In this document: piece after piece, positions 54,190-64,000 of the stretch
Layout of the letters: each line of letters begins with the position of its first letter
Numbering within the stretch: position 1 is the stretch's first letter
Made by a program: the position numbers and the translations under genes
Origin: Sandaracinaceae bacterium
GTDB lineage: Bacteria > Myxococcota_A > Polyangia > Polyangiales > JAFGIB01
DNA: 64,000 bases
Direction: 5' to 3'
Assembly: GCA_017881055.1 (NCBI GenBank)
Contig: JADGRF010000225.1
Span: 9,486 to 73,485 of the forward strand
The notes under the pieces: generated by a model
Database searches by the model: none
The model's input: only the letters and a program-made list of their open reading frames with translations
Told to the model about the DNA's origin: nothing

Positions 54190-54549
54190 ATGTTCAAGAA
54201 CATCCTGCGTGAGGTCGTCGAGAACACCGACGGGGCCGTTGCCGGCATCCTGATGGGCTTCGACGGCATCACTGTCGATAGCTACGTGGACGAAGCCAGC
54301 GGCATCGACATGGAGACCGTGGGCAGCGAGTACAGCCAGGTCCTCACGCAGATCAAGCAGGCCGCCGAGCTGCTCGAGATGGGCAGGGCCCGCGAGGTCG
54401 CGGTGCAGGCCGAAAAGATGACGACCGTCATGCGCCTGATCAACGACGAGTACTTCGTCGCGCTGGCCATGCAGCCGACGGGAAATTTCGGCAAAGCACG
54501 CTTTCTTCTGCGTATGCAGGCGCCGAAGCTGCTCGAAAACCTGACCTGA
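54190..54549 (+). CDS. Roadblock/LC7 domain protein (MglB/MglC-like)
   Basis: 119 aa from [29 protein letters not shown], with GGAGG 5 nt upstream. Has the typical Roadblock fold pattern. Confidence 0.8.
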   Translation: MFKNILREVVENTDGAVAGILMGFDGITVDSYVDEASGIDMETVGSEYSQVLTQIKQAAELLEMGRAREVAVQAEKMTTVMRLINDEYFVALAMQPTGNFGKARFLLRMQAPKLLENLT

Positions 54550-54575
54550 GCCAAGAGAACAGCAGGAATCAGCAC

Positions 54576-55073
54576 GTGGCGCGCGCTCGCAAGAACCCCC
54601 GTGTCTTGGTCTTGCACGGACCGAACCTGAACATGCTCGGCCTGCGCGAGCCCGAGGTGTACGGCAAGGATACGCTGCACGACGTGGACGCGATGCTGCT
54701 CGCGCTCGCGCCTGAGCTCGGCCTCGAGGTGGTGTGCCGGCAGAGCAACCACGAAGGCACGCTGATCGACTGGCTGCACGAAGCGCGCAGCGACTTCGCT
54801 GGCGTGCTCATGAACCCCGGCGGGCTCACCCATACCTCGGTCGCGCTACGCGATGCGATCGCGGCGATGGAGCGGCCGTGCGTCGAGGTCCATCTCTCGA
54901 ACATCCATCGCCGGGAAGAGTTTCGTCACAAGTCGCTGACCGCGGCGGTCTGCGTCGGCTCGGTGCTCGGCTTCGGCGCAGACAGCTACCGCCTCGGCCT
55001 GACGGCGCTCGCCGGACACTTGAGGAAACACTCTGCAACGGCCAAGCCTGCGCGCGCCCACAAGCGCGCATAG
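54576..55073 (+). CDS. aroQ: type II 3-dehydroquinate dehydratase
   Basis: [63 protein letters not shown]. Confidence 0.93.
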   Translation: MARARKNPRVLVLHGPNLNMLGLREPEVYGKDTLHDVDAMLLALAPELGLEVVCRQSNHEGTLIDWLHEARSDFAGVLMNPGGLTHTSVALRDAIAAMERPCVEVHLSNIHRREEFRHKSLTAAVCVGSVLGFGADSYRLGLTALAGHLRKHSATAKPARAHKRA

Positions 55074-55253
55074 TCCCCCACCTGGCTTGTGCGTACGTGA
55101 TGACTCTGCGACCTTGACCGTCGGGCGAGCGGACACCTAAACTTTGGATGTTATTAGGGCTTTCTGGTCGACGAGACGCGCGCGGCGTTCGCTGGTCGCA
55201 AGGCTTCTGCCAACGTTTTTCGCAAGCGGGTCACAGCCCCCGGAACCAGGTTC

Positions 55254-57749
55254 GTGAGCATCGATCGAGCCAAAGCCATGCAGGCGGCCCAGAAGTTTCT
55301 GGCCAGGGGTCAGCTCGACAAGGCCATTGTCGAATATGAGCGCATCGTGCAGTCCGATCCCAAGGACGCACGCGCGCTGCTCAAGCTCGGCGATCTCTAC
55401 ACGAAGAACGGCGCGAACAAGCAGGCGAGCGCGACGTACCGCAAGGTCGCCGAGCAATACGCCGAGCAAGGCTTCTTCTTGAAGGCCGTAGCGGTCTGCA
55501 AACAGATCCTGAAGCTCGACGCCGGTCAGCTGGATGTCTGGGAGAAGCTAGCGGAGATGTACGAGCTTTTGTCGCTGGTCAGCGACGCGCTCGCTACCTA
55601 CGAGCAGATCTACGAAGCGCACACGCGAGCTGGCAACAACCGGAAGGCGCAACGCGCGCTCGAAAAGCTCGCGGAGCTCGATCCCGAGAACGTGGCGGCG
55701 CGCATTCGCTACGCCGAGGCGCTGGCGAAGGGCAACCGCGTGCAGGACGCGGCGCTCGCGTTCGCGCAGGGCGCCGAGCTGCTGAAGAAGCAGGGACGCG
55801 TCGATGATTTTTTGAAGGTCGGCGAGCGCTTGCTGTTCCATCAGCCGGACAACCATGCGTTTGCGCGGGATCTCGCTGCGATCTACTTGGATCGCAACGA
55901 CACGAAGCTCGCGCTGGCCAAGCTGCAACCGTGCTTCAGCGCGGATCCACGGGATCTTTCCACGCTGCGCCTCCTGGCGCGCGCGTTCGAACAGCTCGGT
56001 CAGATCCAGAAGACCGTGTCGGTGCTGAAGGAAGTCGCGCGCATCTGCGCGGAGGAGAATCGCGACGCCGAGCAGGCCAGCGTGCTGCGTAAGATCGTGA
56101 CGCTCGCTCCGGGCGACGCCGAAGCGCGCCGCGATCTGTCGCAGCTGACGAACCTGTCGGCCGACGACGTGATCGAGATGGAGGAGGATGACTACGACTC
56201 GATCGAGGTCGAAGACGACGACGAAGCGCCCACGCGCAAGCGCAGCGGCTTGGGCGTGAGCAACCTGGCCGGAGCAGCGGCCAGCAGCGCGAGTCGCATG
56301 CCGAGCGAGCCGCAGCGTCCAGCCGGCGAGCAGAAGCGCGCGCAGGTCTCGCGCATGCTCGGCGAGTGCGACGTGTTCATGCGCTACGGGCTGTACGACA
56401 AGATGATCACGCAGCTGCACCAGGTGCTGGACCTGGACCCGACGAGCATCGAGGCGCGCGCCAAGCTCAAAGACGTGTACCTCAAGACCAACCGCACGAA
56501 CGAGGCTGTGATGCAGCTGATCATGCTCGCCGAGGCAGTCGGCGAGACCGACGCCGCGCGCGCTCGGGACCACCTGCGTGAGGCGCTGAAGCTCGATCCG
56601 ACCAACGGCGCGGTCGCCCAGCGCCTGGCCGCCCTCGACACGCTGGTCGGCCGCGCCACGATCCCCAGCGACGACGACGAAGACGAAGTGATCATCCTCG
56701 ACGACGAGGAAGTACCTGCGGCCGACGGCCTCCCGCACGATTTCTCGGACGTCACGCTGACCGATGCGCGGCAGAACCGGGAAGAATCGTTCGCCTCGCT
56801 GAACGCCGTCTCCGAGCTGCCGGCGGCGGCGCCGGAAGAGGACGACGACGAGCCCGAGATGGTGCTCGAAGACGCTGGCGAAGAGATCGACGAGATCGTG
56901 ATCGAGGCCGAGGACGATGAAGAGATCGTCATGGCGCGGCAGCCGGCGCCGCACGCCGCAGGCAAGGCCACGAGCGAGGCACCGCCGGCCACCGAGGAGC
57001 CCCACGGCGAGATCCCCGATGAGCTCGCCGAGGCACTGGAGGAGGTCGACTTCTATCTCAAGCAGGGCATGAGCGACGAAGCGCGCGACACCCTGAACGA
57101 CGCGCTCGAATCGTTCCCGGATCATCCGGCGGCGCTCGCGAAGCTGGCGCTGCTGGGCGGCGATGCAGCTGACACCGACGACGCGTTCGCGCTCGCGCAA
57201 AAGCTCGCCGATCAGGTCGTGCCGGGACCGAGCCCCGCGTCATCGTCGGGCGCGGGCCCGATCGAGATGGCGGACGTGCTCGCGCAGTTCAAGCGGGGCG
57301 TTGCCAAGCAGGTCGACAAGAACGACTCCGCCACGCACTACGATCTCGGCATCGCGTACATGGAGATGGGCTTGCACGCCGAAGGCATCGACGAGTTCAA
57401 GCTGTGCTTGAGCGATCCGACACGCCAGTGCACGGCCAACACGATGATCGGCCTGTCGTACGTCCAGAAGGGCGAGATGGAGCCGAGCATCGATCACTTC
57501 AAGCGTGCGCTCGCGGCCAAGCCCAGCGACGACGAAGAGATCGGCCTGTGGTTCGAGATCGGCAACGCGCACGAGCTCTTGGGCAAGAACATGGAGGCAC
57601 TCGTCTGGTACGAGAAGGTGGAAGAGCGCAACCCGGAGTTCCGCGACGTCGCACAGCGCATCGAGCGCTTGGGCGTGTCCCGTACGGCCGAACAGGAAGC
57701 CGACGCGTTCGACGAGATGTTCGACAACATGATCTTGAAGGACGACTGA
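55254..57749 (+). CDS. large TPR repeat protein with central acidic linkers
   Basis: 831 aa. N-terminal and C-terminal TPR arrays (AQKFLARGQLDKAIVEYERIVQSDP, HYDLGIAYMEMGLHAEGIDEF) are separated by D/E-rich segments. GTG start. Confidence 0.8.
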   Translation: MSIDRAKAMQAAQKFLARGQLDKAIVEYERIVQSDPKDARALLKLGDLYTKNGANKQASATYRKVAEQYAEQGFFLKAVAVCKQILKLDAGQLDVWEKLAEMYELLSLVSDALATYEQIYEAHTRAGNNRKAQRALEKLAELDPENVAARIRYAEALAKGNRVQDAALAFAQGAELLKKQGRVDDFLKVGERLLFHQPDNHAFARDLAAIYLDRNDTKLALAKLQPCFSADPRDLSTLRLLARAFEQLGQIQKTVSVLKEVARICAEENRDAEQASVLRKIVTLAPGDAEARRDLSQLTNLSADDVIEMEEDDYDSIEVEDDDEAPTRKRSGLGVSNLAGAAASSASRMPSEPQRPAGEQKRAQVSRMLGECDVFMRYGLYDKMITQLHQVLDLDPTSIEARAKLKDVYLKTNRTNEAVMQLIMLAEAVGETDAARARDHLREALKLDPTNGAVAQRLAALDTLVGRATIPSDDDEDEVIILDDEEVPAADGLPHDFSDVTLTDARQNREESFASLNAVSELPAAAPEEDDDEPEMVLEDAGEEIDEIVIEAEDDEEIVMARQPAPHAAGKATSEAPPATEEPHGEIPDELAEALEEVDFYLKQGMSDEARDTLNDALESFPDHPAALAKLALLGGDAADTDDAFALAQKLADQVVPGPSPASSSGAGPIEMADVLAQFKRGVAKQVDKNDSATHYDLGIAYMEMGLHAEGIDEFKLCLSDPTRQCTANTMIGLSYVQKGEMEPSIDHFKRALAAKPSDDEEIGLWFEIGNAHELLGKNMEALVWYEKVEERNPEFRDVAQRIERLGVSRTAEQEADAFDEMFDNMILKDD

Positions 57750-58039
57750 AGGCGCTACCGCTGGCAGCGGCGTACGACTCGAACGCTCTCGAATCGATTT
57801 GACGCCGTGCCCGACCCGCGCTACGCCACCTGCACATGCTTCAGAGCTGGCACGAGAACTTCTTGGTTCTCAGCGCAACGAACGTTGCGCTGGTGGTCAA
57901 CATTCGCGCAAAGCATATTGCGGCGGATGCGGGTCGGCTCGTTCTCTGATCAGAGCCAACACCCCGCCCGCCGATTCGGTGGGTGGCAGCGTGGCTCGCT
58001 TCCAATCATCGACCCGGCCCGGGGCTCCTAGGAGTCCAC

Positions 58040-59266
58040 GTGGATAGCACCGTCGATCGACAGCCCAAGCCCTCTCTACTCACGCCCGCCTTCGTGACGA
58101 TCGTGCTCGCGCAGATGGCGTTCAGCTACGCCGTCTCCAGCTTCATGCTGCTGCCGAAGTACTTGGCGACGGCGCTGCATGCCAGCGCCAGCCAGATCGG
58201 TCGAACCAGCGCCCTGCCCGGCTTTGCCGCCGTCGTGCTCACGCCGTTCGTGGGTGGCTGGCTGGATCGCGTCGGTAGAAAGCCGCTGATCAGCGCGGGC
58301 GCAGTGCTGTGCGCGATCTACGCGTGCGCGTGGATCGCCGTCGATCATGTGGGCCCACTCTCGTACGCGCTGCAGATCCTGAGCGGCTGCGCGTTCGTGC
58401 TGACGTTCAACGCGGCGAGCACGCTCGTAACCGAAGACGCACCGCCGGAGCGGCTCGGCCAAGCGATCGGCCTCTTTGGCGCCGCCAACATCTCGATGAA
58501 CGCGATCGCGCCGAGCATCGCTGAGCCGCTCGCGGCGCGCTTTGGCTGGCACGTGGCGTTCGCGCTGGCTGCGGCGGCTGCCGTGCTCGCGTTCCTGCTC
58601 GCGCAGCGCGTCGTCGAGCGCGCGCGCCCTGCAGCTGACGGCGGCGCCCGCAACAGCTTGCATCCGAGGCACTTGCGCCACGACCTCGCGGACACGCTAA
58701 GGGTCGGCCGGCGCATCGGCCTGCACGTCGGCGCGATGATCAGCTGCGGCGCGGCGTACGGCGCCATCTGCACGTTCTATCAGCCGTTCGTGCTCGCGCA
58801 GGGCGCAAAGCAGGTCTCGGGCTTCTTCGTGGGCTTCACGGTCGCGACCGTGAGCATGCGCCTGCTCTTGGGCGGCGTGGCCGATCGCTTCGGGCGGCGG
58901 CGGATTGCGCTCGGCACGCTCACAGCGTACGCGTTCATGGTGCTCGGCATGACCCAGCTCACGCCCGGCAGCTTGGTTGCGTTCGGCATGCTGTTCGGCT
59001 CGTGCCACGGACTGTTCTTCCCCGCGCTCAACGCGCTCTCGATCGAGCACACCCAGCCGGACGAGCGCAGCCGCGTGATGACGCTGATCAACGGCGCGTT
59101 CCACTTTGGCTTCATGACCGCGGTCCTGTGCTTCGGCTGGATCGCCGAGCACCAGGGCTACCGCGCGGTGTTCGTGCTGGCCTCGCTGGTGACGGGGCTC
59201 GGCGTCGCGCTTCTCTACACTGACGGAGTGCGCACGCGAGCCGAACCCGGGGCGACTCGAGTCTGA
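58040..59266 (+). CDS. MFS transporter
   Basis: 12-TM pattern with GGWLDRVGRKP (MFS motif A). The GTG at 58040 is preceded by AGGAG. The ORF is open from 57983. Confidence 0.85.
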   Translation: MDSTVDRQPKPSLLTPAFVTIVLAQMAFSYAVSSFMLLPKYLATALHASASQIGRTSALPGFAAVVLTPFVGGWLDRVGRKPLISAGAVLCAIYACAWIAVDHVGPLSYALQILSGCAFVLTFNAASTLVTEDAPPERLGQAIGLFGAANISMNAIAPSIAEPLAARFGWHVAFALAAAAAVLAFLLAQRVVERARPAADGGARNSLHPRHLRHDLADTLRVGRRIGLHVGAMISCGAAYGAICTFYQPFVLAQGAKQVSGFFVGFTVATVSMRLLLGGVADRFGRRRIALGTLTAYAFMVLGMTQLTPGSLVAFGMLFGSCHGLFFPALNALSIEHTQPDERSRVMTLINGAFHFGFMTAVLCFGWIAEHQGYRAVFVLASLVTGLGVALLYTDGVRTRAEPGATRV

Positions 59267-59389
59267 CGGCCACGCCTTGGCTCGGAAAGCGCTTGGCCGG
59301 GGGCGGATACCCCTGTGAAAGCGGCCGACTACTTGCCCATCGATCCGAGGTGTGGTGGTGTCTGCGCGGACGCTCCCTGGAGAACGAAC

Positions 59390-60586
59390 ATGTCCGCACG
59401 TTGGCTGATCGCCCTTTTGCTCTTGGCGGCGCTCTTCGGTTTTGGTTTCGCGTCGGCCTCGACCTACGACTTCGCCGCGCATCTCGACCGCCAGGTGCAC
59501 AGCCTGCACTGCTCGTTCATCCCGGGTCTGTCCGGCACCGATGCCAGCGCACACGGCTGTCAGGTCACGCTGATGAGCCCGTACTCGTCGATCCTGCGCA
59601 AGAGCGTGTGGGGCGGCGTGCCGATCTCGTTGCCCGGCATGGCGACGTTCGCGGCCATCGCGGCGTTCGCCGTGATCGTGCTGGTGACACGCGCGGAGCA
59701 AAATCGTGCCGCGCTGCTGACATTGCTTGGCCTGGCAGCGCTGCCCGTAGCCGCATCGCTGGTGATGGGCTCAATCGCGGCGTTCGAGCTGCATGCGGCG
59801 TGCAAGCAGTGCATCGGCATCTACACCTCCAGCCTGATGACCGGCGTGTTCGCGGCGCTGGCGCTGCGTGGCCGCGTGCGCGTGGCCGGTGACGCGGAGC
59901 AGCCCGGTACCGGGCGGCGCTTCCTGCTCGCGTTCCCACTGGCAGGCGTGCTCGTGCTCGGTGCAATGACCAGCTACGTACTTGCCATGCCGAGCTACGC
60001 CCCGTACGAGAAGGGCTGCGGCAGGCTGCCTTCACCCGACGACAAGCACGGCGTGCTCGTGCACGTGAAGGCCGAGGCGCCCGATGCGAAACTAGCCGTC
60101 GAGGTGTTCGACCCGCTCTGCCCTGCCTGCAAAGCCTTCGAAGATCGCCTGCACGGCTCGGGTCTCGACAAGCGCCTCGATCGCCAGCTGCTGCTATTCC
60201 CACTCGACAACACCTGCAACTGGATGGTCGACAGCGCGATGCATCCGGGCAGCTGCGCAGTCAGCGCCGCCGTGCTGTGCGCGGGCGATCGCGCAAAAGA
60301 CGTGATCGACTGGGCGTTCGCGCAGCAGACGCAGATTCACGACGCGACGGTAGCCGATGCCGGGGCCGCAGCGCGCATGGTGCAAGCGCAGTTCCCCGAA
60401 GTTAAGGGCTGCATGGATTCCGCCGTGACCAAGGCTCGGCTCGCGCAGAGCCTGCGCTGGGCCGTGAAGAACCAGCTGCCGGTGCTCACGCCGCAGCTGT
60501 ACGTGAGCGGTAAGCGCTTGTGCGACGAGGACACGGACCTCGGCCTCGAATACACGCTGACCCGCATGCTGAAGGGGGAGACATGA
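59390..60586 (+). CDS. VKOR domain fused to thioredoxin/DsbA-like domain
   Basis: Membrane domain has loop cysteines (HCSFIPG...HGCQV) and a CKQC motif in a TM helix. The C-terminal soluble domain has a CPAC active site (FDPLCPACKAF). Confidence 0.8.
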   Translation: MSARWLIALLLLAALFGFGFASASTYDFAAHLDRQVHSLHCSFIPGLSGTDASAHGCQVTLMSPYSSILRKSVWGGVPISLPGMATFAAIAAFAVIVLVTRAEQNRAALLTLLGLAALPVAASLVMGSIAAFELHAACKQCIGIYTSSLMTGVFAALALRGRVRVAGDAEQPGTGRRFLLAFPLAGVLVLGAMTSYVLAMPSYAPYEKGCGRLPSPDDKHGVLVHVKAEAPDAKLAVEVFDPLCPACKAFEDRLHGSGLDKRLDRQLLLFPLDNTCNWMVDSAMHPGSCAVSAAVLCAGDRAKDVIDWAFAQQTQIHDATVADAGAAARMVQAQFPEVKGCMDSAVTKARLAQSLRWAVKNQLPVLTPQLYVSGKRLCDEDTDLGLEYTLTRMLKGET

Positions 60587-61278
60587 GTAAGGCGCTCGTT
60601 TGGGTGATCGCAGCGATCGCGTTTCTGATCCCCACGATCATGGTCACGACCTGGGTGCACTCGGCGGGCACGCGCTTGGCCGAGAGCCAGACCCAGGCCA
60701 AGACCGCGCCGCAGGTGGCCGTGGCCTCGGCCGCCGACGAGTCGTACTGCACGCCGCAGCTCAAGAGCATCCTGCGGCGCGTGCTGAAGAGCTGCGGCTT
60801 GCTCGAGTCGGGCGAAGTGCGCGGCTGTCAGCCGACCGACGCGAAGCAGGTGGCCACGCTCGCCGGTGGTGACTTCAACGCGCTGTTCCTGCCGATGGCG
60901 AAGCGAGCCGGCGTGGTCGAGTACGACATGGACAGCGCAGCGCTCGATCCGCAGGACACGGCGTTGATCGACAAGGTGTTCGCCGACCAGCAAGGCGCGA
61001 GCTACTTCTTCGTCGTGGCGCGTGCCTCGCCGGAAGGCTCGGTCGAGCACAACCGCGAGCTCAGCAAGCAGCGCGCCGAGGCGCTGATGAACTACTTGCG
61101 CCAGAAGTACAAGGACCCGGACCTCGACCACGAAGTCGGTCTGCTCTGGCTGGGCGAGGAGTTCGCGCAGCTCGACCAGCGCTTCTGTGAGTGGCAGCGC
61201 AGCGGAATACCCGGCGCATGTTCGACCGAGAACCTGAACCGCAGCGCGTTCATTTCATGGATCGACTGTCAGCTATGA
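60583..61278 (+). CDS. membrane-anchored protein with OmpA-like C-terminal region
   Basis: 231 aa from MSKALVWVIAAIAFLIPTIMV (ATGA overlap with the upstream gene). Has VVARASPEGSVEHNRELSKQRAEAL, resembling the OmpA-family core. Confidence 0.55.
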   Translation: MSKALVWVIAAIAFLIPTIMVTTWVHSAGTRLAESQTQAKTAPQVAVASAADESYCTPQLKSILRRVLKSCGLLESGEVRGCQPTDAKQVATLAGGDFNALFLPMAKRAGVVEYDMDSAALDPQDTALIDKVFADQQGASYFFVVARASPEGSVEHNRELSKQRAEALMNYLRQKYKDPDLDHEVGLLWLGEEFAQLDQRFCEWQRSGIPGACSTENLNRSAFISWIDCQL

Positions 61279-61898
61279 AAAGTGTGCAGCTGACAAATGC
61301 GAAGCGGTTGGCGCCTCGGTTTGCGCTCGTCGCGCTGCTCAGCGCGAGCGCGTGCAACGACAGCGCGTCGTCCGCGGCCGCCGCACCCGAGGTCGCGGCC
61401 CGCGCCGACGTCGTGATGCAGACCAAGAAGGCGCAGACCTTCGCGGACTTGTGCGACGTCGCACCCGAGAAGACCGCGCCGAAGGCCTTCACCTGGCCGC
61501 AGCTCACGGCGCCCGCCGCTGCGGGCGGCAGTGGCTACCGGTGGGTCAACGTCTGGGCGACCTGGTGCAAGCCGTGCATCGAAGAGCTGCCCATGCTCAC
61601 GCGCGTCTTCGGCGACTGGAAAAAGCAAGGACAGTCGGTGCAGCTGACGCTGCTGTCGGTCGACGCCGACGCGGCCGCAGCGCAGAAGTTCATCGCAGAC
61701 CACGCCGGCACGCCCGCCACACTGCAGGTCGGCGACCCCTCGCAGGTGTCCACCTGGCTGACCAGCCTCGGCCTGGCCAGCGGCTCGTCCATTCCGGTAC
61801 ACATGCTAGTCGACGCGCAGAACAACCTGGTCTGCGCGCGCGCGGGCGGAATCAGCGAGCAAGATCTCGAGCGCTTCCGACGCGCGATGTTCCCCTGA
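61275..61898 (+). CDS. TlpA/redoxin-like thioredoxin-fold lipoprotein
   Basis: Lipobox LLSASAC and active site WATWCKPC. ATGA overlap with the upstream gene. Confidence 0.8.
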   Translation: MKSVQLTNAKRLAPRFALVALLSASACNDSASSAAAAPEVAARADVVMQTKKAQTFADLCDVAPEKTAPKAFTWPQLTAPAAAGGSGYRWVNVWATWCKPCIEELPMLTRVFGDWKKQGQSVQLTLLSVDADAAAAQKFIADHAGTPATLQVGDPSQVSTWLTSLGLASGSSIPVHMLVDAQNNLVCARAGGISEQDLERFRRAMFP

Positions 61899-61933
61899 CA
61901 CCGCGCTTGGCGAGCCGTAGCACCGGTCGAACC

Positions 61934-62791
61934 ATGACGACAGAGATCACGACACGCGACGTGGTGGTGAGCGGTGTGAGGTCGCTGGTGCGCATGAGCG
62001 CTTCCAAGGCCAATGAACACGCGCAGACCGCGGTCGTGTTCGTGCATGGCAATCCCGGCTCCAGCGAAGACTGGACGGATCTGCTCGCACGCGCAGGCGA
62101 GCTCGGCCGCGCGATCGCGCCGGACATGCCCGGCTATGGCAAAGCGGATCGACCCGAGACGTTCGACTACACCGTGACCGGCTACGCGCGGCATCTCGCA
62201 GGAATCCTTTCGCAGCTCGGGATCGAGCGCGTGCACTTGGTCTTGCACGACTTTGGCGGCCTGTGGGGCCTGGCCTGGGCGGCCGAACATCCCCAGGCCG
62301 TTGCCAGCGTGACGCTCGTGAACCTCGGCGTTCTGCCTGGCTACCGCTGGCACAAGTACGCCCGCATCTGGCGCACGCCCGTGATCGGCGAGTTGTTCCA
62401 GCTGCTCTCCGGCCGCAGCGCGTTTCGGATGATGCTGAACTCCGAGAACCCCAAGCCCTTCCCGCTCGCGTTCGTGGACCGCATGTTCGACGACGTGAAC
62501 GCGGGCACCAAGCGCGCGATCTTGAAGCTTTATCGCGCGACGGATGATCCCGGCGGCATGAGCGTCGAGCTGGCGGGGCGCTTGCAGTCGTTGCAGCTGC
62601 CCGTGCTCGTCCTCTGGGGAAAAGGCGACAAGTTCTTGCCGTACCGTTACGCCGAAGAGCAGCGCAAGTACTTCCCCGACGTCGAGGTGCACCTGCTCGA
62701 GGGCTGCGGTCACTGGCCGTTCATCGACGAGCCCGAGCGCTGCGCACAGCTGATCGTGCCCTTCCTCGCGAAGCAGCTCGGCGCGCCGTGA
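61934..62791 (+). CDS. alpha/beta hydrolase (haloalkane dehalogenase / epoxide hydrolase-like)
   Basis: VFVHGNPGSSEDW, the nucleophile motif HDFGG, and C-terminal GCGHWPFIDEP. Confidence 0.85.
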   Translation: MTTEITTRDVVVSGVRSLVRMSASKANEHAQTAVVFVHGNPGSSEDWTDLLARAGELGRAIAPDMPGYGKADRPETFDYTVTGYARHLAGILSQLGIERVHLVLHDFGGLWGLAWAAEHPQAVASVTLVNLGVLPGYRWHKYARIWRTPVIGELFQLLSGRSAFRMMLNSENPKPFPLAFVDRMFDDVNAGTKRAILKLYRATDDPGGMSVELAGRLQSLQLPVLVLWGKGDKFLPYRYAEEQRKYFPDVEVHLLEGCGHWPFIDEPERCAQLIVPFLAKQLGAP

Positions 62792-64000
62792 CCCACGAGC
62801 CGACTGCGGTTGCCGACGCGCAACGCGAGCGCGTGCCTTTTGCCGAGGCACTCGTGGTGTGGGCGCAGATCGGCCTGCTCGGCTTCGGCGGACCGGCCGG
62901 CCAGGTCGCGCTCATGCACAAGGAGCTAGTCGAGCAGCGGCATTGGATCGACGAAGCGCGCTTTCTGCATGCGCTCAACTACTGCATGCTCTTGCCTGGG
63001 CCCGAAGCGACTCAGCTGGCCACGTACATTGGCTGGCTGATGCACCGCACACGCGGAGGCATCGCAGCCGGCACGCTGTTCGTGTTGCCGGGCTTTCTCT
63101 CGATCCTCGGGCTCAGCGTGCTTTACGCGAGCTATCAGCAGGTGCCAGCTGTCGCAGCCGTCTTCTTCGGGCTGAAGGCCGCCGTGCTCGCGGTGGTGCT
63201 GGAAGCCGTCGTGCGGATCGGCAAGCGCGCTCTGCAGAGCCGCTTCATGATCGGCCTCGCGGTGGGCGCGTTCCTGGCCATCTTCGTCCTGCAGGCGCCC
63301 TTCCCGCAGATCGTGCTCGGTGCGGGGCTCGTCGGTGTGATCGTGAATCGTTTCTTCCCGCAACTGCTCGCGCTGCCCACGCCGACCGCGAACGAGGCTC
63401 GCGACGGCCGCAGCGTGATCGATGGCATGGCCGCCCGCGGCGAGCTCGCGCACACGCGTCCGTCCACGTCTAGAGCGCTGCTGGTGATCGTCGTATGCGC
63501 GGGGCTGTGGTCGCTGCCGTTCCTGCTCGCTGCCGCCATCAGCGGCACGCCTGCCGTGCTCGTGGACGAGAGCGCGTTCTTCTCCAAGGCCGCCGTCGTC
63601 ACGTTCGGCGGCGCCTACGCCGTGCTCGCGTACATCGCGCAACAGGCCGTGCAGACGTTCCATTGGCTGCGCCCGGGCGAGATGCTCGACGGCCTCGGCC
63701 TCGCCGAGACCACGCCGGGCCCGCTGATCATGGTCGTGCAGTTCGTCGGCTTTCTGGGCGCCTACCGCAACCCCGGAACGCTCTCTCCACTCACAGCAGG
63801 TGTGCTCGGCTCGATCGTCACGGTCTGGGTCACCTTCGTGCCGTGCTTTCTGTGGATCTTCCTCGGTGCGCCGTACATCGAAGCACTGCGCGGCAGCCGT
63901 CCGTTGCGAGCGGCGCTGTCGGCGATCACGGCGTCGGTGGTGGGCGTGATCATGAACCTGTCCGTCTGGTTCTCCCTGCACGTCGTGTTCCGGCGCGTCG
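62788..64000 (+). CDS. chrA: chromate transporter ChrA (3' end outside window)
   Basis: The GTG at 62788 overlaps the upstream stop (GTGA). I translated the frame by hand for about 900 nt from the start with no stop, and it resumes in frame at the window edge. Has GLLGFGGPAGQVALMHKELVEQRHWI and, in the second CHR domain, TFGGAYAVLAYI. Confidence 0.85.
   Translation, partial: MTHEPTAVADAQRERVPFAEALVVWAQIGLLGFGGPAGQVALMHKELVEQRHWIDEARFLHALNYCMLLPGPEATQLATYIGWLMHRTRGGIAAGTLFVLPGFLSILGLSVLYASYQQVPAVAAVFFGLKAAVLAVVLEAVVRIGKRALQSRFMIGLAVGAFLAIFVLQAPFPQIVLGAGLVGVIVNRFFPQLLALPTPTANEARDGRSVIDGMAARGELAHTRPSTSRALLVIVVCAGLWSLPFLLAAAISGTPAVLVDESAFFSKAAVVTFGGAYAVLAYIAQQAVQTFHWLRPGEMLDGLGLAETTPGPLIMVVQFVGFLGAYRNPGTLSPLTAGVLGSIVTVWVTFVPCFLWIFLGAPYIEALRGSRPLRAALSAITASVVGVIMNLSVWFSLHVVFRRV

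Noticed and set aside
55548-57200. 550-aa minus-strand ORF
   Set aside because: It is the antisense shadow of the TPR protein gene.
62926-63981. 351-aa minus-strand ORF
   Set aside because: It is the antisense shadow of chrA. The plus frame gives clear ChrA motifs.

Overview
Very high-G+C bacterial chromosomal segment. The gene content looks like Myxococcota, but this is inferred from domain families only (Zn-ribbon/FHA proteins, PEGA, MopE-type Cys motif, CdnL, Hanks kinase, PilZ, small RHH) and was not searched. It is mostly core metabolism. (1) A compact polyphosphate island: CHAD, Ppx, SixA-like and PPK1 on the minus strand, divergent from a two-domain PPK2. (2) A partial complex I operon with the order nuoE-F-J-K-L-M-N plus a trailing lipoprotein gene. 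NuoL is unusually long, and the operon contains repeated intercistronic hairpin motifs. (3) S41 protease, small RHH gene, hydrolase, and a TPR/HEAT gene followed by two Zn-ribbon double-FHA paralogs. (4) DUF72-like and NFACT genes, a Lys/Ala-rich histone-like gene split at an A9 run, OmpA-like, a second Ppx/GppA, cdnL, rng and PilZ. (5) FHA-DUF4388, a large peptidase/propeller/barrel outer-membrane protein, Ddl-like ligase, and decayed methyltransferase and glycosyltransferase remnants. (6) frr-pyrH-tsf-rpsB, yacG-hemE-hemH, a Ser/Thr kinase module, folC-pgeF, two SCP2 genes, tRNA-Leu(GAG), Roadblock, aroQ, a large TPR protein, MFS, a VKOR/thioredoxin disulfide operon, a hydrolase and partial chrA. 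No prophage, IS element, CRISPR array or known defence system was recognised. The least explained signals are non-coding. Convergent intergenic regions carry conserved roughly 70-nt cores flanked by different perfect inverted repeats, most strikingly at 34059-34536. The nuo spacers carry a repeated motif complementary to the nuoE start region. The A9 run forms a dnaX-type slippery site in the Lys-rich gene. All calls come from reading the sequence and ORF translations, with no database search.
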